In this document: one piece after another, positions 48,550 to 60,494 of the stretch
Numbering within the stretch: the first letter of the stretch is position 1
Layout of the letters: the number at the start of each line of letters is the position of its first letter
From: Felis catus
Taxonomy: Eukaryota
Direction: 5' to 3'
DNA length: 64,000 nt
Assembly: GCF_018350175.1 (NCBI RefSeq)
Contig: NC_058368.1
Coordinates: 77,006,001 to 77,070,000, forward strand
Notes under the pieces: model-generated
Told to the model about the DNA's origin: nothing
What the model saw: only the letters and a program-made list of their open reading frames with translations
The model's database searches: none
Program-made: the position numbers and the translations under genes

Positions 48550-50436
48550 ACCCACTTTGTGTATTCCAAACAGAAGCAAGATGAATCTCTCTGTTAAGGT
48601 CTAGACTTGATCTTTATCAACTTTATTTTCCCACCCATTCATGGCCAGCATTAAGCCTTGCACCAGATGTGTCTTAGACCTTTCCAAGGTCACTGGCCTG
48701 TCTCCTCTGTCCACGGGTAAGGGAGGGACTCACTACCCTTCACTCCTGTTTTCTGGTTCTGAACTGCTGTAGCTCCTGTGTCTCTGGGCTCTCCGCTCCC
48801 CCTAACGCTAGACAATGTACATTTACCCAGTGATGTGCGGAGACATTTATCAGCCTGTAAGAAGGATGACTGATTCTGAACGCAGCCGAACCGCATGCTA
48901 TTTATGCAGGGATGTATGTGTCTATGCAGCGGCGCAGACAATGCGTGCGATAAGCAATAACGGTGCAATCGCCCCTTGGACTGTCTTGTTAATGAACTGT
49001 GAAACTAGGCAGATGCAGTCATAAATACGTAATACTACTTCCCAGGGGAATAATGTCTGCTCTATAGTCTCCTATCCCCTTATCGGAAGGTCTCATGCTG
49101 CTTGGGCACCGAGTGTCTCCTACTTTTTACTGTCTTCGCTAATTAGATACATATTTTGGTGGGAAATACAACTGGCAGGTGTGTGTCATCAGCATTACCA
49201 CAATTACTGTAAATATCCAAATTTTCAGGCCGATTAAAAAATCTCATGAGCTGTATACATTTATGCTAGACATAGTTATCAAAGCATCTTTATGGGCCTG
49301 TATACCGTATTTTATTTAATTTGCACAGATGTAACTTAACTGAACCTAACTTTCGAGGCCTGTGTGCTTCTCTCCTGGTTTCTCGGCTGGGGTCTCCACT
49401 TCTTAAACACAGAAGAGAGAGGTGAGGGTGCGAGGCAGAGAAAGTACTAGCCATCAGGATCCCTGAATGAATGAGGAAATTGTAAGACCAGGGCTGAGAA
49501 AAAGACACCCAGTGTTTTCTTGTTTCTCTCTAATCCTGAAGATTAAAGATTCACAACCAGCTGATTGTGAGCGAGCGCGGAGTCGGGACATCTGAGATGG
49601 TTTACCGCCGGGAAAGTGGAGGGAGGCCAGGAAAGGGCAGATGTACACTCTTTGGCGGGGATCTTTAATGAGTTTTGCCAAAATACGAACGACTTTCTCA
49701 TTCTCCCACCCCCGCCCAAACATGACCCCACCAAACCCTAGACATTTTGGTAGCAGACATGAACACATTTCCCTTGGCAGGTACTGGAGAAACTGTATAT
49801 ATTTTCACCTGGTTTCCTCTACTCCTCTCTCCTTCCGTTCTCTGTGCGGCAGGTCTGGATGTTGGTACAACACGGTCTTGCCCGGATAGCACAGAGGCTC
49901 TTTGCTTGTTTGCCTCTTCACCTCCTGACTCCTGTCTCATTTGCATCCCGTGCAAGCTGTATTTTGTCTCCCTGTCCTTCACCTTGTGAGTTTTCACTGT
50001 TCCTGGATTGCCTTTCTTGCTGCTCGTGGTGACTGCACCGTTTGCTGCCCACGTTCTAGGATACAAATGGGAAAGCATTGTGCTGCCTTGTATGAGACAC
50101 GGTTATGTCATGGCACTAAGGTATGGGAGGGTTCAAGGTGGAAAAGGAATCTATGCTGCGTTTTATTTGCATTCCCTAATATTGCAGCTAGAGATTTTAT
50201 AAAGGTAATAACGATGCCATATTAAACTTTTTACCGTATGTTACACGTTGCGCCTTCCTGTTCATTTAGTGCAGTGACTATGCGGTCAGTTCGCCCATCT
50301 TTCTTCCTCATGAGGTACACAATCTGGGACAAAAGCTTGTTTCGGTTTCTTGTCTAAATTCTCTGCTAATTGCAGTCCCCCCTAATCGCAGGAAGGATGG
50401 AGAAGTCCGTAAAAGACCAAAGAGGAGAAGTGAGAA

Positions 50437-50658
50437 CAGGGTTTCTGAGCCGTGGGCACTGCTGGTGTCTTGGGTTGACTAATTCTTTGACGGCAGCTGT
50501 CTTGTGTATTGTAGGGTGTTGAGCAGCATTCCTCTACCCACCAGATGCCAAGAAAACTGACCTCCCACCACCACCTGGGAGAGGACAATCAGAAGTGTCT
50601 CCAGGCATTGCCATGTGTGCCCAGAGTTGAAAGCACTGTCCCGGTTTGAGACCCACCC
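50437..50658. mobile_element. MER20 hAT-Charlie MITE
   Basis: ctgtcttgtgtattgtagggtgttgagcagcattcctctacccaccagatgcca...tgtctccaggcattgcca matches MER20. Confidence 0.85.
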
Positions 50659-50744
50659 ATGGGGTTAGGATCACGTACCAGTGATCACCTCCTCGCTGCT
50701 TGTGACCACCGGAGCCAGTCCTGCCTCCCAGCATCTGAACTGCA

Positions 50745-51060
50745 GCTCCCACATCCAGGGCTTCTCTTCCCATGAGCTTTTCATAACTCATCTCTTCAAA
50801 TCTGTCCTCTCCTCCTTGTTAACTTGCCTCATTTTGTGGCATAGCATTATCCCTACCTGAGCTTAGTTCACATTTTTATTTGTTTGTTTCTTACCGGCCT
50901 CACCCACTAGGAGAAACTCCTTGAAGACTTAAATTTTAGCTAGTTCACAAATATATTCTCTGCAATACCCGACATTCAGAGTATGGTTACATGTATTTGT
51001 CGAATGCCTGCCTGCATGCATGAATGAATGAATGATGAATGAACGAATGAATGAAGGAGT
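50745..51060 (+). mobile_element. L2 3' end with (TGAA)n tail
   Basis: actccttgaag...tatttgtcgaatg...tgaatgaatgaatg. Confidence 0.7.
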
Positions 51061-51774
51061 AACTGAGTGACCAAGCCACCATCCCTGCTCCACGCAAGTC
51101 CGGAAGTGGCGATTCCCTGTTGGAGAGACGCGCGTGAGGGCATTTGTTTCTTTGCTCGTGTCCAAGGTTGGCGTCCTCACAAATCTTTCAAATTCTATTC
51201 ATCAGTAATTGGTTAGGATTATGGATTCTTCCCAGCAAGGAGGATGTGTCAGAAAATGGAAGGTTCTCACATTCAACTTTAATAGGTCTTTGGTTTTCAC
51301 GTCCCCCCTCCCCCGCCCGTGGAAAAGAACATTGTGAGACTATTGTTCCTTTTTCCTTTTCTAAATCATTGTAAAGATGCTAAAGGAAGTGATACCAGCG
51401 ATGCAACCAATGATTCCCTCCCTAAGTCAAATTTTGGTCCTGTAACGAAACTAAAACAAATTACACACACACGCAACCATGTATATACTTTTTCTGTCGT
51501 ATAACTGTGGAACTGTGGAAGCATCTGGTGCACAATGTGCTAGGACTCTTAGTATTTCCTGGCACCAAGCGCCTCCTTCTAGTTAGTGAAAGAACTCTGA
51601 TTCTGCAAATGGCCTCATCATTTGTGTAGACACCAGGGTGGACGCCCTGACAACCTCGAGCCTCGCAGTTGCCAGGGAGGAATGCGCGATGCCTTGTGAG
51701 CAAGTCTGTTTCGTGTCTTCTGGAAACACGTGTCATCACCGTGTTCCCCTGTGCTGTCTCTAAGGAAAGGTCAC

Positions 51775-51985
51775 TTTATGGTTAGCACATGGTCTATGGA
51801 CAGACCGCCTGGGTTCAACCAGCCTCTACTAACTTGGTAAGGATACCTAAACTCGAGGCCCCAGTTTCCTCATCCATGGAATGGAAATGCATTACTGAGT
51901 TTACCTAATATGACAGTTGCATTCTTATAGGGTTCATTTATATCCCTGGAACAGTGTGTAGCCTGTATAAAGTTCTTAAAACTGA
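51775..51985 (+). mobile_element. MIR SINE
   Basis: tggttagcacatggtctatggacagaccgcctgggttcaa...ccccagtttcctcatcc. Confidence 0.75.
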
Positions 51986-52129
51986 TGACTCTGTTACTTA
52001 ATGCACTTTCATCCCACTTCTGGGTTAGAGAAATCCTATAAATGCTGGCATGAAATATTGTCTGGTCCAACCGTGCTCAATTCTGATTTATCCTAGGTAG
52101 GATTTGAGAGAAAACAATGGGCAGGTTTT

Positions 52130-52520
52130 TTTTTTTTCATTGAAAAACAATAGTTGTCATATTCTTCACTTATAAAACTACTATGTGGTCATTATAGAAA
52201 ATCTAAAAAATTTTAAAAATATAGAGGAATATGTGAATTGTAAATCCTCAGTATGTATGTGTATTTCTTCCCGCGTGTACTCAGTGTGTGCGAGACAGAG
52301 AAATAAAGTTAACTAACCCACACTTCCTTTTTAACAAATAAGCTCTCGTTTTTTTTTCCATTATTAATCCATTGATAGCCATTTCGCAAATACCAGAGGT
52401 GATAATAAATAAATCACTCTGTCCCACCCTCTAGAGGGCGCCACGCAAAGTTCATGTGCTATATTTCTTTATGGGAATTTTCCCTTGCATACTTTTTTGA
52501 TTTATTTTGAAATCTAATTT
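52130..52520 (-). mobile_element. Old L1ME-like 3' fragments
   Basis: ttataaaactactatgtggtcattatagaaaatctaaaaaa; aaatcactctgtcccacc...; AT-rich. Confidence 0.5.
52428..52441 (+). promoter_or_regulatory. Candidate CTCF site
   Basis: CCTCTAGAGGGCGC versus consensus CCASYAGRKGGCRC: one mismatch. Confidence 0.5.
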
Positions 52521-55471
52521 CTATATATATGTTTTATTTTTAATCTGCCCAAACAATAAGAACATGAAATAGGTAAAACCCAGAGAACTGCCCTAAAGCG
52601 CCTTTTGAAAGGACCCCTAGCTGGAGTCTGCCTTCATTTATGCGGAGAGAAGAGTTCGGCCTGGAGAAGGAGACCACGCTGGGACTTAGCAAGCTGTCCG
52701 TGCCAACAAGTCGTATGATTTCCACAATGTGCCTCACCAAACCTGTTTCTCATGAGTCCAACAGAGATAATAGTAAATCAACTGTATGGGTTACAGGTCA
52801 AGCCAGGACATAATATAACCTTGGCTTGTAGTAGCTCTTTCACATCCAAACCCCATTTGGGGACGCCCGAGGGCGGGCCTGACCGCAAATCCAAATCTCC
52901 TTGTACTTGGTTAGCAGAGAGACTTCTACTCCCCCGTCCTCTTGAATGTTGTTTTAAGTTGGGAGGGACTCTTAGAAGGCCAATTCCAAATGTTATAGTT
53001 GAAATTCTCGCTCTGGATGTTCCCCAGAAATGCATACTGCCCATGAAAGGGCCAGGTGGGAAGGAGTAGGAAGGTCAAGGACTTTCTAATCTCCTGGATA
53101 CGAACAGTGCCAATCGGCGCTCAGGATGACAGTTACTGATCTGAAACCGGGGCTGAGCTTTTTCTTGACCACCCACAGTTGGCTGGCTCCAAGCCTACCC
53201 TTTATCGAATTTTCTATAGTGGGATCCCTCATATGAAAAATGATGCTTTTTGCTAAAAAGTTCAGAAGCAACAGCTGTAAACAATATTATTGTTATGAAG
53301 AATTTTGAAAAACTTGAAAGCATTTCTTATGGGTTCTGTTTAATAATGTTCAGAGATATTGTTTTCTTCTGAGTCCTTAGATGGTGTTCCAATATGCCGT
53401 TTGCCTGGCATTTTTTTGTAGACTCCTTTAGCGTTCATCCTCCTTTCTGTTTTAATATTGTTTGTGTGTGTGTTTGAGTATATTTCTTTCTTAAATAAGG
53501 ATGGTTTTAACTATACCTGGTGCTTTCCAACATGATATATGGTTTGCTCTTGATTTTCTCCCATTTTCTGCTTAGGTAATGCTAACAGACAATTTGGGCA
53601 AAAATATGAGACATGTGTTTCTGAAAAAGTTATATGGTATGGGGGAAAAGTTATAATTTAATGATAAGCGAAAAGAAGCATGATAATGTCCTATGTAATA
53701 TCATCTCAATTCTGTAAACTTAATGCCGTATCACACACATATGTAAGTACTCAGTAAATTTGCTATTTGAATAGAATGAATTAATCATATCACTGGAGGG
53801 TGGGATTTTTACTGCTTCACATGTTGTTCCATAAACCACTCAGTATTTTCCAAATTTTCTGCCACAGACATGCAGAATTGCTAGAAATGAGTAGAGGTTT
53901 ACAGAGATCTTTTTAAATTTTCCAAATGATGAAGTCATTCCTTCGTTTCTCAGAAATTTTATCTTCTTTATTCATCAGAACATATTTTGCATGCCACATA
54001 GGTCATTTTTCATATGTATGCTAAATTTCTTTGCTTGATGAGAAACAACTTGAGGTCAGGAATGAAGTCTTCTATCGTTGTCGAATTACCCCTGTGTAGG
54101 AGATGATCAAAAATGTTATTGAGTGACCTACTCAACTGTGTCATATTGAAGACAAAGACATTGAAGTATTAATAAATCGCTCCCCCTTCTCCCCATCAAG
54201 TTTACGGTACCTCTTGACTGAATCTTCCATTGTTAAAAAAAAAAAAGAATTATAAAATCCACTCAGGCCAAGTTCTTATTGGATTGTTAGTGGTGACATT
54301 GATGTCACAGAAGTTTCAAGTTTGAAAAAAAGTGATGGCCTGATTTTTTCCATCAGGGTGCCCAAATATGGATAATTCTGGTGTTTCACACACTTGACTC
54401 AGATCATTTTATTTCTGTGCCTTGGTTAGTTAGCAAATAATTAAACCTACTTTGACATATGCCTATGTGATATAATTAATTACATGCCCGAAGTCCCATT
54501 TACCTCAAAATATGTTTTTTTCCGCTGAGATTCTATCTTGGTGCCTGAAACTCCTACCAAATTAAGTCAACATTTGTGGGATTACATTCGTTGTCTGTAG
54601 TGTGCTTTTGCTCAAATAAACATACAGCACGTGAGAGGGGAACCATTCATACATGAGGATTTGCTAGTACCTTAGACTTGACGTCCGTCAACCCGCAATG
54701 AACAGCCTTCTGTGAGAATAGGACAGAGGACAGATATGTTTTCAGGACAGAATTGAAGAGGCCTTAGGCATGGGGAGAGTCCTATAGCACAAGTTGGGTG
54801 AGAGGGCTCTAGGTAGCCAGCATCGGGGTCTGATTGGTTGGAGATTTTCAAAGGATCAGGTTCCAGAGCCTGCAGATTGTTTTCTAGATGAGAAGCATTA
54901 AAGATTCCGTAGAGGTGTGTAACTGGGCTCACACACTGGCTTTTTAACAGAGCAGGCTGGTTCACAATCCCATACGAAAGCATGAGGTACTTTCTCCTTT
55001 GGAATAGTACTGGTCCAAAGGGGAATGCACTGGGGACAAAGCTATGTGATCAGTGTCCCCAAGCGTGAGAAAAGCAAAGGGAACCCAGAGTGTCTGAGTC
55101 CCAGCACGCCTGCCAGTGCCCAGTTCGAGAGCAGAAATGCTCCCGGCTCCTCCTTACACACATACACAAGGAAAATCCTTCCTGGCAGGATGAGAGGGAA
55201 GCCAACTACTATGAGGCTAGCAATACTACGAACAATACTCCCCGGGGAATCAAGCGTGGTTCCATGCACAGGCTGAAGCCTCAGAGGAACTCCCTAGGAA
55301 AGACGTTCACGTTGTCGAGAGAAGCCGAAAGATGTTGTGAGGGCAGCTTGTCGGGGTCTGGAGTGAGTGGGAGGCTAGGTGGTTCCGAAACCACACGGTT
55401 AGCTTTAAACCTCAAGTAAACTCCGAGAAACATCAGGGGAAGAAAAAGCATTTTGAGTAGAACATGATATT

Positions 55472-55514
55472 GTACTTATTTATTTATTTTAAGTTTATTT
55501 ATTTTGGGGAGAGC
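55472..55514 (-). mobile_element. Tail-only, extremely 5'-truncated CanSINE insertion
   Basis: ttatttatttattttaagtttatttattttggggagagc flanked by gagtagaacatgatatt / gagtagagcataatatt. Confidence 0.7.
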
Positions 55515-56334
55515 GAGTAGAGCATAATATTTCAAAACATGCTAACTTCAATGTCCAGCCTAGGGACCAGTGAAAGGCATAGCTTTCACTCCCAAATGCG
55601 ACCTCACGGGCAAGGATGCGCCTGCGAAGCCAATGGTGACCCGGTCATTAGCCAGCCGGTGCTCCAACACGCGCAGTTCGGGCAGCCACAGACCTTCTGT
55701 CATTGTCCTCTCTTCGCGCTACCCTTAGATGTGTAAGATTGGGTGTCTCGGCGATGGCTAGGAGGTCGGACATGTCGTCTGGCGAATGAACAGGTCCTTT
55801 GCCAAGTGACTGGATCTCACTCTTGCTAAAGGAAGAACATTGTTCACTAAAATAGTTTGTCTTTTGATGCCAAAGGAAATCAAATTGTAATCAAGGGCTG
55901 AGAACGCACTGAAGTCATCAAGGCTTTGGCAATCTCGCATGTTCCCAGGCTTATGAAATATAATTTACGTTTACAAAAGGGAGAGGCTGTATCGGATTGG
56001 GAATTGGCTTTCATAATGCCTAAGTGAGCCTCTGATGGATCGGCCAGCATCGCAACCCGTGCTCCCGTATATCTCAAGGACACAGAGAGAAGCACGGATA
56101 AGGAGGAATGCAGTTTGTTGAAGCACCACAACAGACAGAGAATGTGTCTAAGTGGACCGTGAGGACTCACTGTAACCATATCGAAATATGGTGGATACAC
56201 TGATGTGATTTTTCTGCGTCTCTGTTTTGGTTTTGGTTTTGGTTGGTGGGGGGTCATAAGAGTAAGGATCTTTATAGATCTGTGGCTTCTCCACCCTGCC
56301 CTGAGGAGCCAATCCAAATGAAAACAAAGGGATG

Positions 56335-56540
56335 ATTATTGAACGCATGCTCTACAAAACTGCTCATTAAATATGCTGTCTCATGTAACCCTTACAGCAT
56401 GGATTTGAAGTTACATTTGCCTCATTTTTAGGCATCCAGAACTGAGGTCTGTATTAGCTAAGTAATCTGCTCCGTCTCATAGCTGCTTAAGTTACAGAGT
56501 CAAGATGCAGGTTTAGGTCCCAAAGCTAAAGTTCTTTCTG
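56335..56540 (-). mobile_element. MIR SINE
   Basis: ttattgaacgcatgct...tctcatgtaacccttacagca...ctcattttta...actgaggtct...taagtaatctgctc. Confidence 0.7.
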
Positions 56541-56779
56541 TTCCGAGTCCTATGCTTCATATAAAAATCAAGGAAGAGAAAAACAGAGTGAGGTTGTTTA
56601 TAGCCACTGCCCTAAGCCCTTAGCTTTCCCTAAGAGGTGTGATGTCCAGAAAGGCCACTTCTGTGCTTGTAAAATGAAGAACCGAGGCAATTTGTTCAAT
56701 GCCCCCAGGAATTTTCCTTGGGTCTCTCTTGAGAAGCACAGGGCATTATGTTGGCCTGGGTCATCTGTATAATTGTCCG

Positions 56780-56894
56780 TTTTCTTTCTTTCTTCCTTTC
56801 TGTCTTCTCTTTCCCCTTCCTTCCTCCCTCCCTCCCTCCCTTTCTCCCTTCCTTCCTTCCTTCCTTCCTCCCTCCCTCCCTCCCTCCCTCCCTC

Positions 56895-56945
<51 letters not shown>
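56780..56945 (+). repeat. Compound (CCCT)/(CCTT)/(TTTC)n microsatellite
   Basis: Read directly; pure pyrimidine tract apart from one G. Confidence 0.97.
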
Positions 56946-57244
56946 ATTTTAAAGACACGGTCACAAGCAATAGTGGTGAAAACAATGCTTTGAACCAACC
57001 AACACAGTGTGATTTAGGCCAATTTATCTTGGATAAGCAAGGCTTTGGAATATGCAAAGTTAGAGACCTCCCTCTAGATTTGCAACTAAGTCCCCATACC
57101 TAGTGGGACCAGAGCACGTAAAAAACGGGGATAGGAATTTCTTTTCAGAGGGAAAAGCATTTTCCCTCTATATGCAGAGGGAAAGCATTTTCCAGATTTT
57201 AGAGAATTATGCAGTGACATCTGGCTTATTTAAAGTTTTTATTT

Positions 57245-57340
57245 TTGTGATCACTTCACAATATATACAAATACTGAATCATTGTATTGTACACCTGAAA
57301 CTAATGTTATATGTCAATTACACATCAATTTTAAAAAGGC
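57245..57340 (+). mobile_element. L1 extreme 3' end fragment
   Basis: gtgatcacttcacaatatatacaaatactgaatcattgtattgtacacctgaaactaatgttatatgtcaatta. Confidence 0.85.
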
Positions 57341-57363
57341 AAAAAATTAAAAAATACATTATA

Positions 57364-57578
57364 GGGGCACCTGGGTGGCTCAGTTGGCTGAGCGTCTGAC
57401 CTAACTTCAGCTAAGGTCATGATCTCACGGTTCCTGGGTTCGAGCCCTGCATCAGGCTCTGTGCTGACAGCTCGGAGCCTGGAGCCTGCTTTGGATTCTG
57501 TGTCTCCCTCTCTCTCTGCCCCTCCCCTGCTCACACACTCTCTCTCTCTTAAAGATAAATAAACATTTTAAAGATTAA
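57364..57578 (+). mobile_element. CanSINE
   Basis: Full body; exact TSD aaaaaatacattata. Confidence 0.96.
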
Positions 57579-59982
57579 AAAAAATACATTATATATCAAC
57601 TATGCTCAATAATTTTTAAAATAAAAGTAAAAAATGATAAAGTATTTTTTAATAAAATTTATATTCATCAAAATGGAAAACAATGAAGATTGTTTTCCTT
57701 GATGTTTTTGGGGCGTATCCAGTTGGCATCTAAATTATTTAAGCTTTTGTGATATTCATCAAAGTTTACTCATCCTTCACAAGGGATTAAAAAAAGATGA
57801 AGAAGAAAAGTTAACTAGGGCAATAATGAGGTTATATGGAGACCACAGGGTAATCTGTGAGGCTTGTGCTTATCAGCTCTATTTTTATTTGTTTCTTTTA
57901 ATTTAATTTGATTTCCTTTAGCCGTGCACCGCATTGAGGAGCACAGCCCACTAAGCCGAAAAAAGACAGCGACAAAAAGCCTAATGCTTTGAGGACTAAT
58001 GGACCAGGATGTTTCATTATAACCTCATAACAAGCTTTATATACGGAGCCCATTTTACTCATTGGCGCAGAGTCACGAACGTTAGAAGGAGCTACCATAA
58101 AACAAGATCCTTTACGTAAGCATCTGATGGCCAAGCTGTCCTTTGCTCTCCACTCAGCAGCTTTGTAGTCTTTGGTTAATGGAGCCAATGTACTTTCGTC
58201 CACATAAAGGGAATGATGATTCCACTGGAGGCTCCAAGGGGGAAATTAAAGTCATCCAAAATCTGATTTGAGAAGGCATTTTCTTTGAAAACGTGAAGCA
58301 TGGCTTTCATTCATCCCGGTCCTTTGCCGAGTGCTGCAGCGAGGGCAAGTGTGGCCCTCGATTCCAAGGGAAGCATTTCTATTGTTTAATCCCACCCTCT
58401 GAAAGAGAAGGGGCAGCCAGGGAGGTAGCAAGGACATGTAAGGTGGGCTAATGGATCTAAACAGGAATTCTCTGCAGCTGCTCTAAAACGGAATAAAAAG
58501 TGGTGCCCAGCGCGAAGCCACTGAGGAAGCAAAGGTCAGCCCTGTAGGAGCAGAGGGGTGTTGGTCGGAGGCACATTTGTGGAACTGAAGAAGCTCAATT
58601 TCCGTCCAAGAGACACCTCTGACCCGTCCCCCTGAAGGAGGCTGGACCAGAGCAGCTGGCCTTTGATCACCCGACAACATCCTCTGGGCGTGTGTCCTTG
58701 TGCCAAGGCTGACAGCCACTTGGGGATATGAAGATGGGCAATTTTCCCTAGCGATCGGAACGTTCTCTCCATATCTTCCATGAAAGTTTATGGGCAATGA
58801 TTGTATTTTACGATAATGAGAACAAAGTGCATTATGGCTAATGTCAGGAGTATTTTCCCCTCTAGCAAAAGTCTTTTTTTTTTTTTTTTAAACATCTTCC
58901 CATGTGCTACATCCTCAGGAAAGACAATATGGCACAGATGTCCCAAAAGAAATTCTTTCTTCACATCCACTTTAATAACAGAAAAGTATACCTGAAAAGA
59001 TAAAAAGTGTTTATAACTTTAACGTCAGACAAAGAACGAGCCAGGAAGTTCTACCATGACAAGCAGACATTTGCTCGGACTTTTCCCTTGAGATTATTCA
59101 ATAAGGAATAGCCTTGTGATCCTGTGAAATGTCCCCAGAGTTAAGCTGGTGGTTGCTTTCCATTGTCTGGGAGGGGGGGTTGTGATCGCGTTTTTACTGG
59201 GTAATGCCACGACTGTGTGTTTAAAGCAAACTATCGCCATTGTTGATGTTCACATTAGCATCTTGAGGCATAACCTGCATCTCGTCATGCTTAGAATTCA
59301 AACGGTCACAACAGCACTTCCTTGGAATCATGATCTAATGCGAGAAACAATACAGTGCAAATAAATAGATTTCCTCCTCGCTGGCTGTTGGTGTGTTCCC
59401 TATTGTGTACGTCTTCCCTGGGCATTGAACACTAGGAAATGTCTTGACAAAGGGTTTCTCTCACTTCCGGGTTAGAAGGCTCTTTCACCAGTCTCTGCTT
59501 CTCAGATAAGTTCATATACTTTTTGTCCCCATCCAACCAACACCATGACTAAGTTCAGAGACACTCACCCCCAGTGACTGTACCAATTGTTGGGGTGCTG
59601 AGTGAAGGCCAGGCTGGACTGGTGGGGACCCCTTGGAAACATCTGTCTGTTGTATTTATAGAATGGACCAGTTCAGTTTTGATCTGGTTGACCAAAAAGA
59701 TGAAAGTTGAGGACCAAAGTGTGAACTTTGTATATTGTTATCAGGCCATTTTTTTTTTCTTTTTGTTTCACATGCACGGGAAACTTGCCACCGTCCTTCT
59801 CCAGCCTGGAGGAGAAGGAGAGAAGCCTTCTGGAAGCTCTCCCTTAGGGTTTCCCTGTGGGCTGGTGCATGTGGGGGTAGAGAGAAGGATCTTATTTCCT
59901 CGCCGAGGGCCACCTGTGACCATCCTGCAGGTAGCAGATGTCACCACAGGGGCTGCCGTTGAACACATCCAAGGAGAACATT

Positions 59983-60065
59983 GATTCATTCATTGAATCA
60001 ATAAACATTTATTGTGGGCAGGGCATTGTGAAAGAGACAGATGTGTTTAAGACGTGCTCCCACAC
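59983..60065 (-). mobile_element. L2 3' end fragment
   Basis: attcattcattgaatcaataaacatttattg...gggcattgtg. Confidence 0.65.
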
Positions 60066-60494
60066 AACGGGGGTTACATCACTGCCTAATTTAAACTCAT
60101 GCCGGGTCTAAATGACTTCATCAGAGAAATGCAATTGTCTTGGCTCTCACCACACTGCACTATTCTTTTCCTGAACATTCCCGAACGTTCTCTGCACCTC
60201 ATCTCTGCCTTTGTCATCTCACCCCGATGCCTGGACATATTTTGCCAAGAACGAATTATGTGTTATGGTGATAGCAGCTTAACCTTTGTCTTTCAGTGTC
60301 TCCATCTCTAAAACAAGGGGTAGACACTGTATCAGATGGCATTGCCTCCATCACTTTCCTCAGTGGGTGTCCAGAGGGTGGCTGAGGTGACAAGGTCCAG
60401 GTGTTTGGCTCACTTCCCTTTATCTGTTCTACATATTGCTAATATTGCTTTTAAATCATGGAACTAGATAGTATCATAGACCCCCATGGGTATG

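Noticed and set aside
56696..57103. ORFs over the CCCT/TTTC microsatellite
   Set aside because: Same low-complexity artefact.
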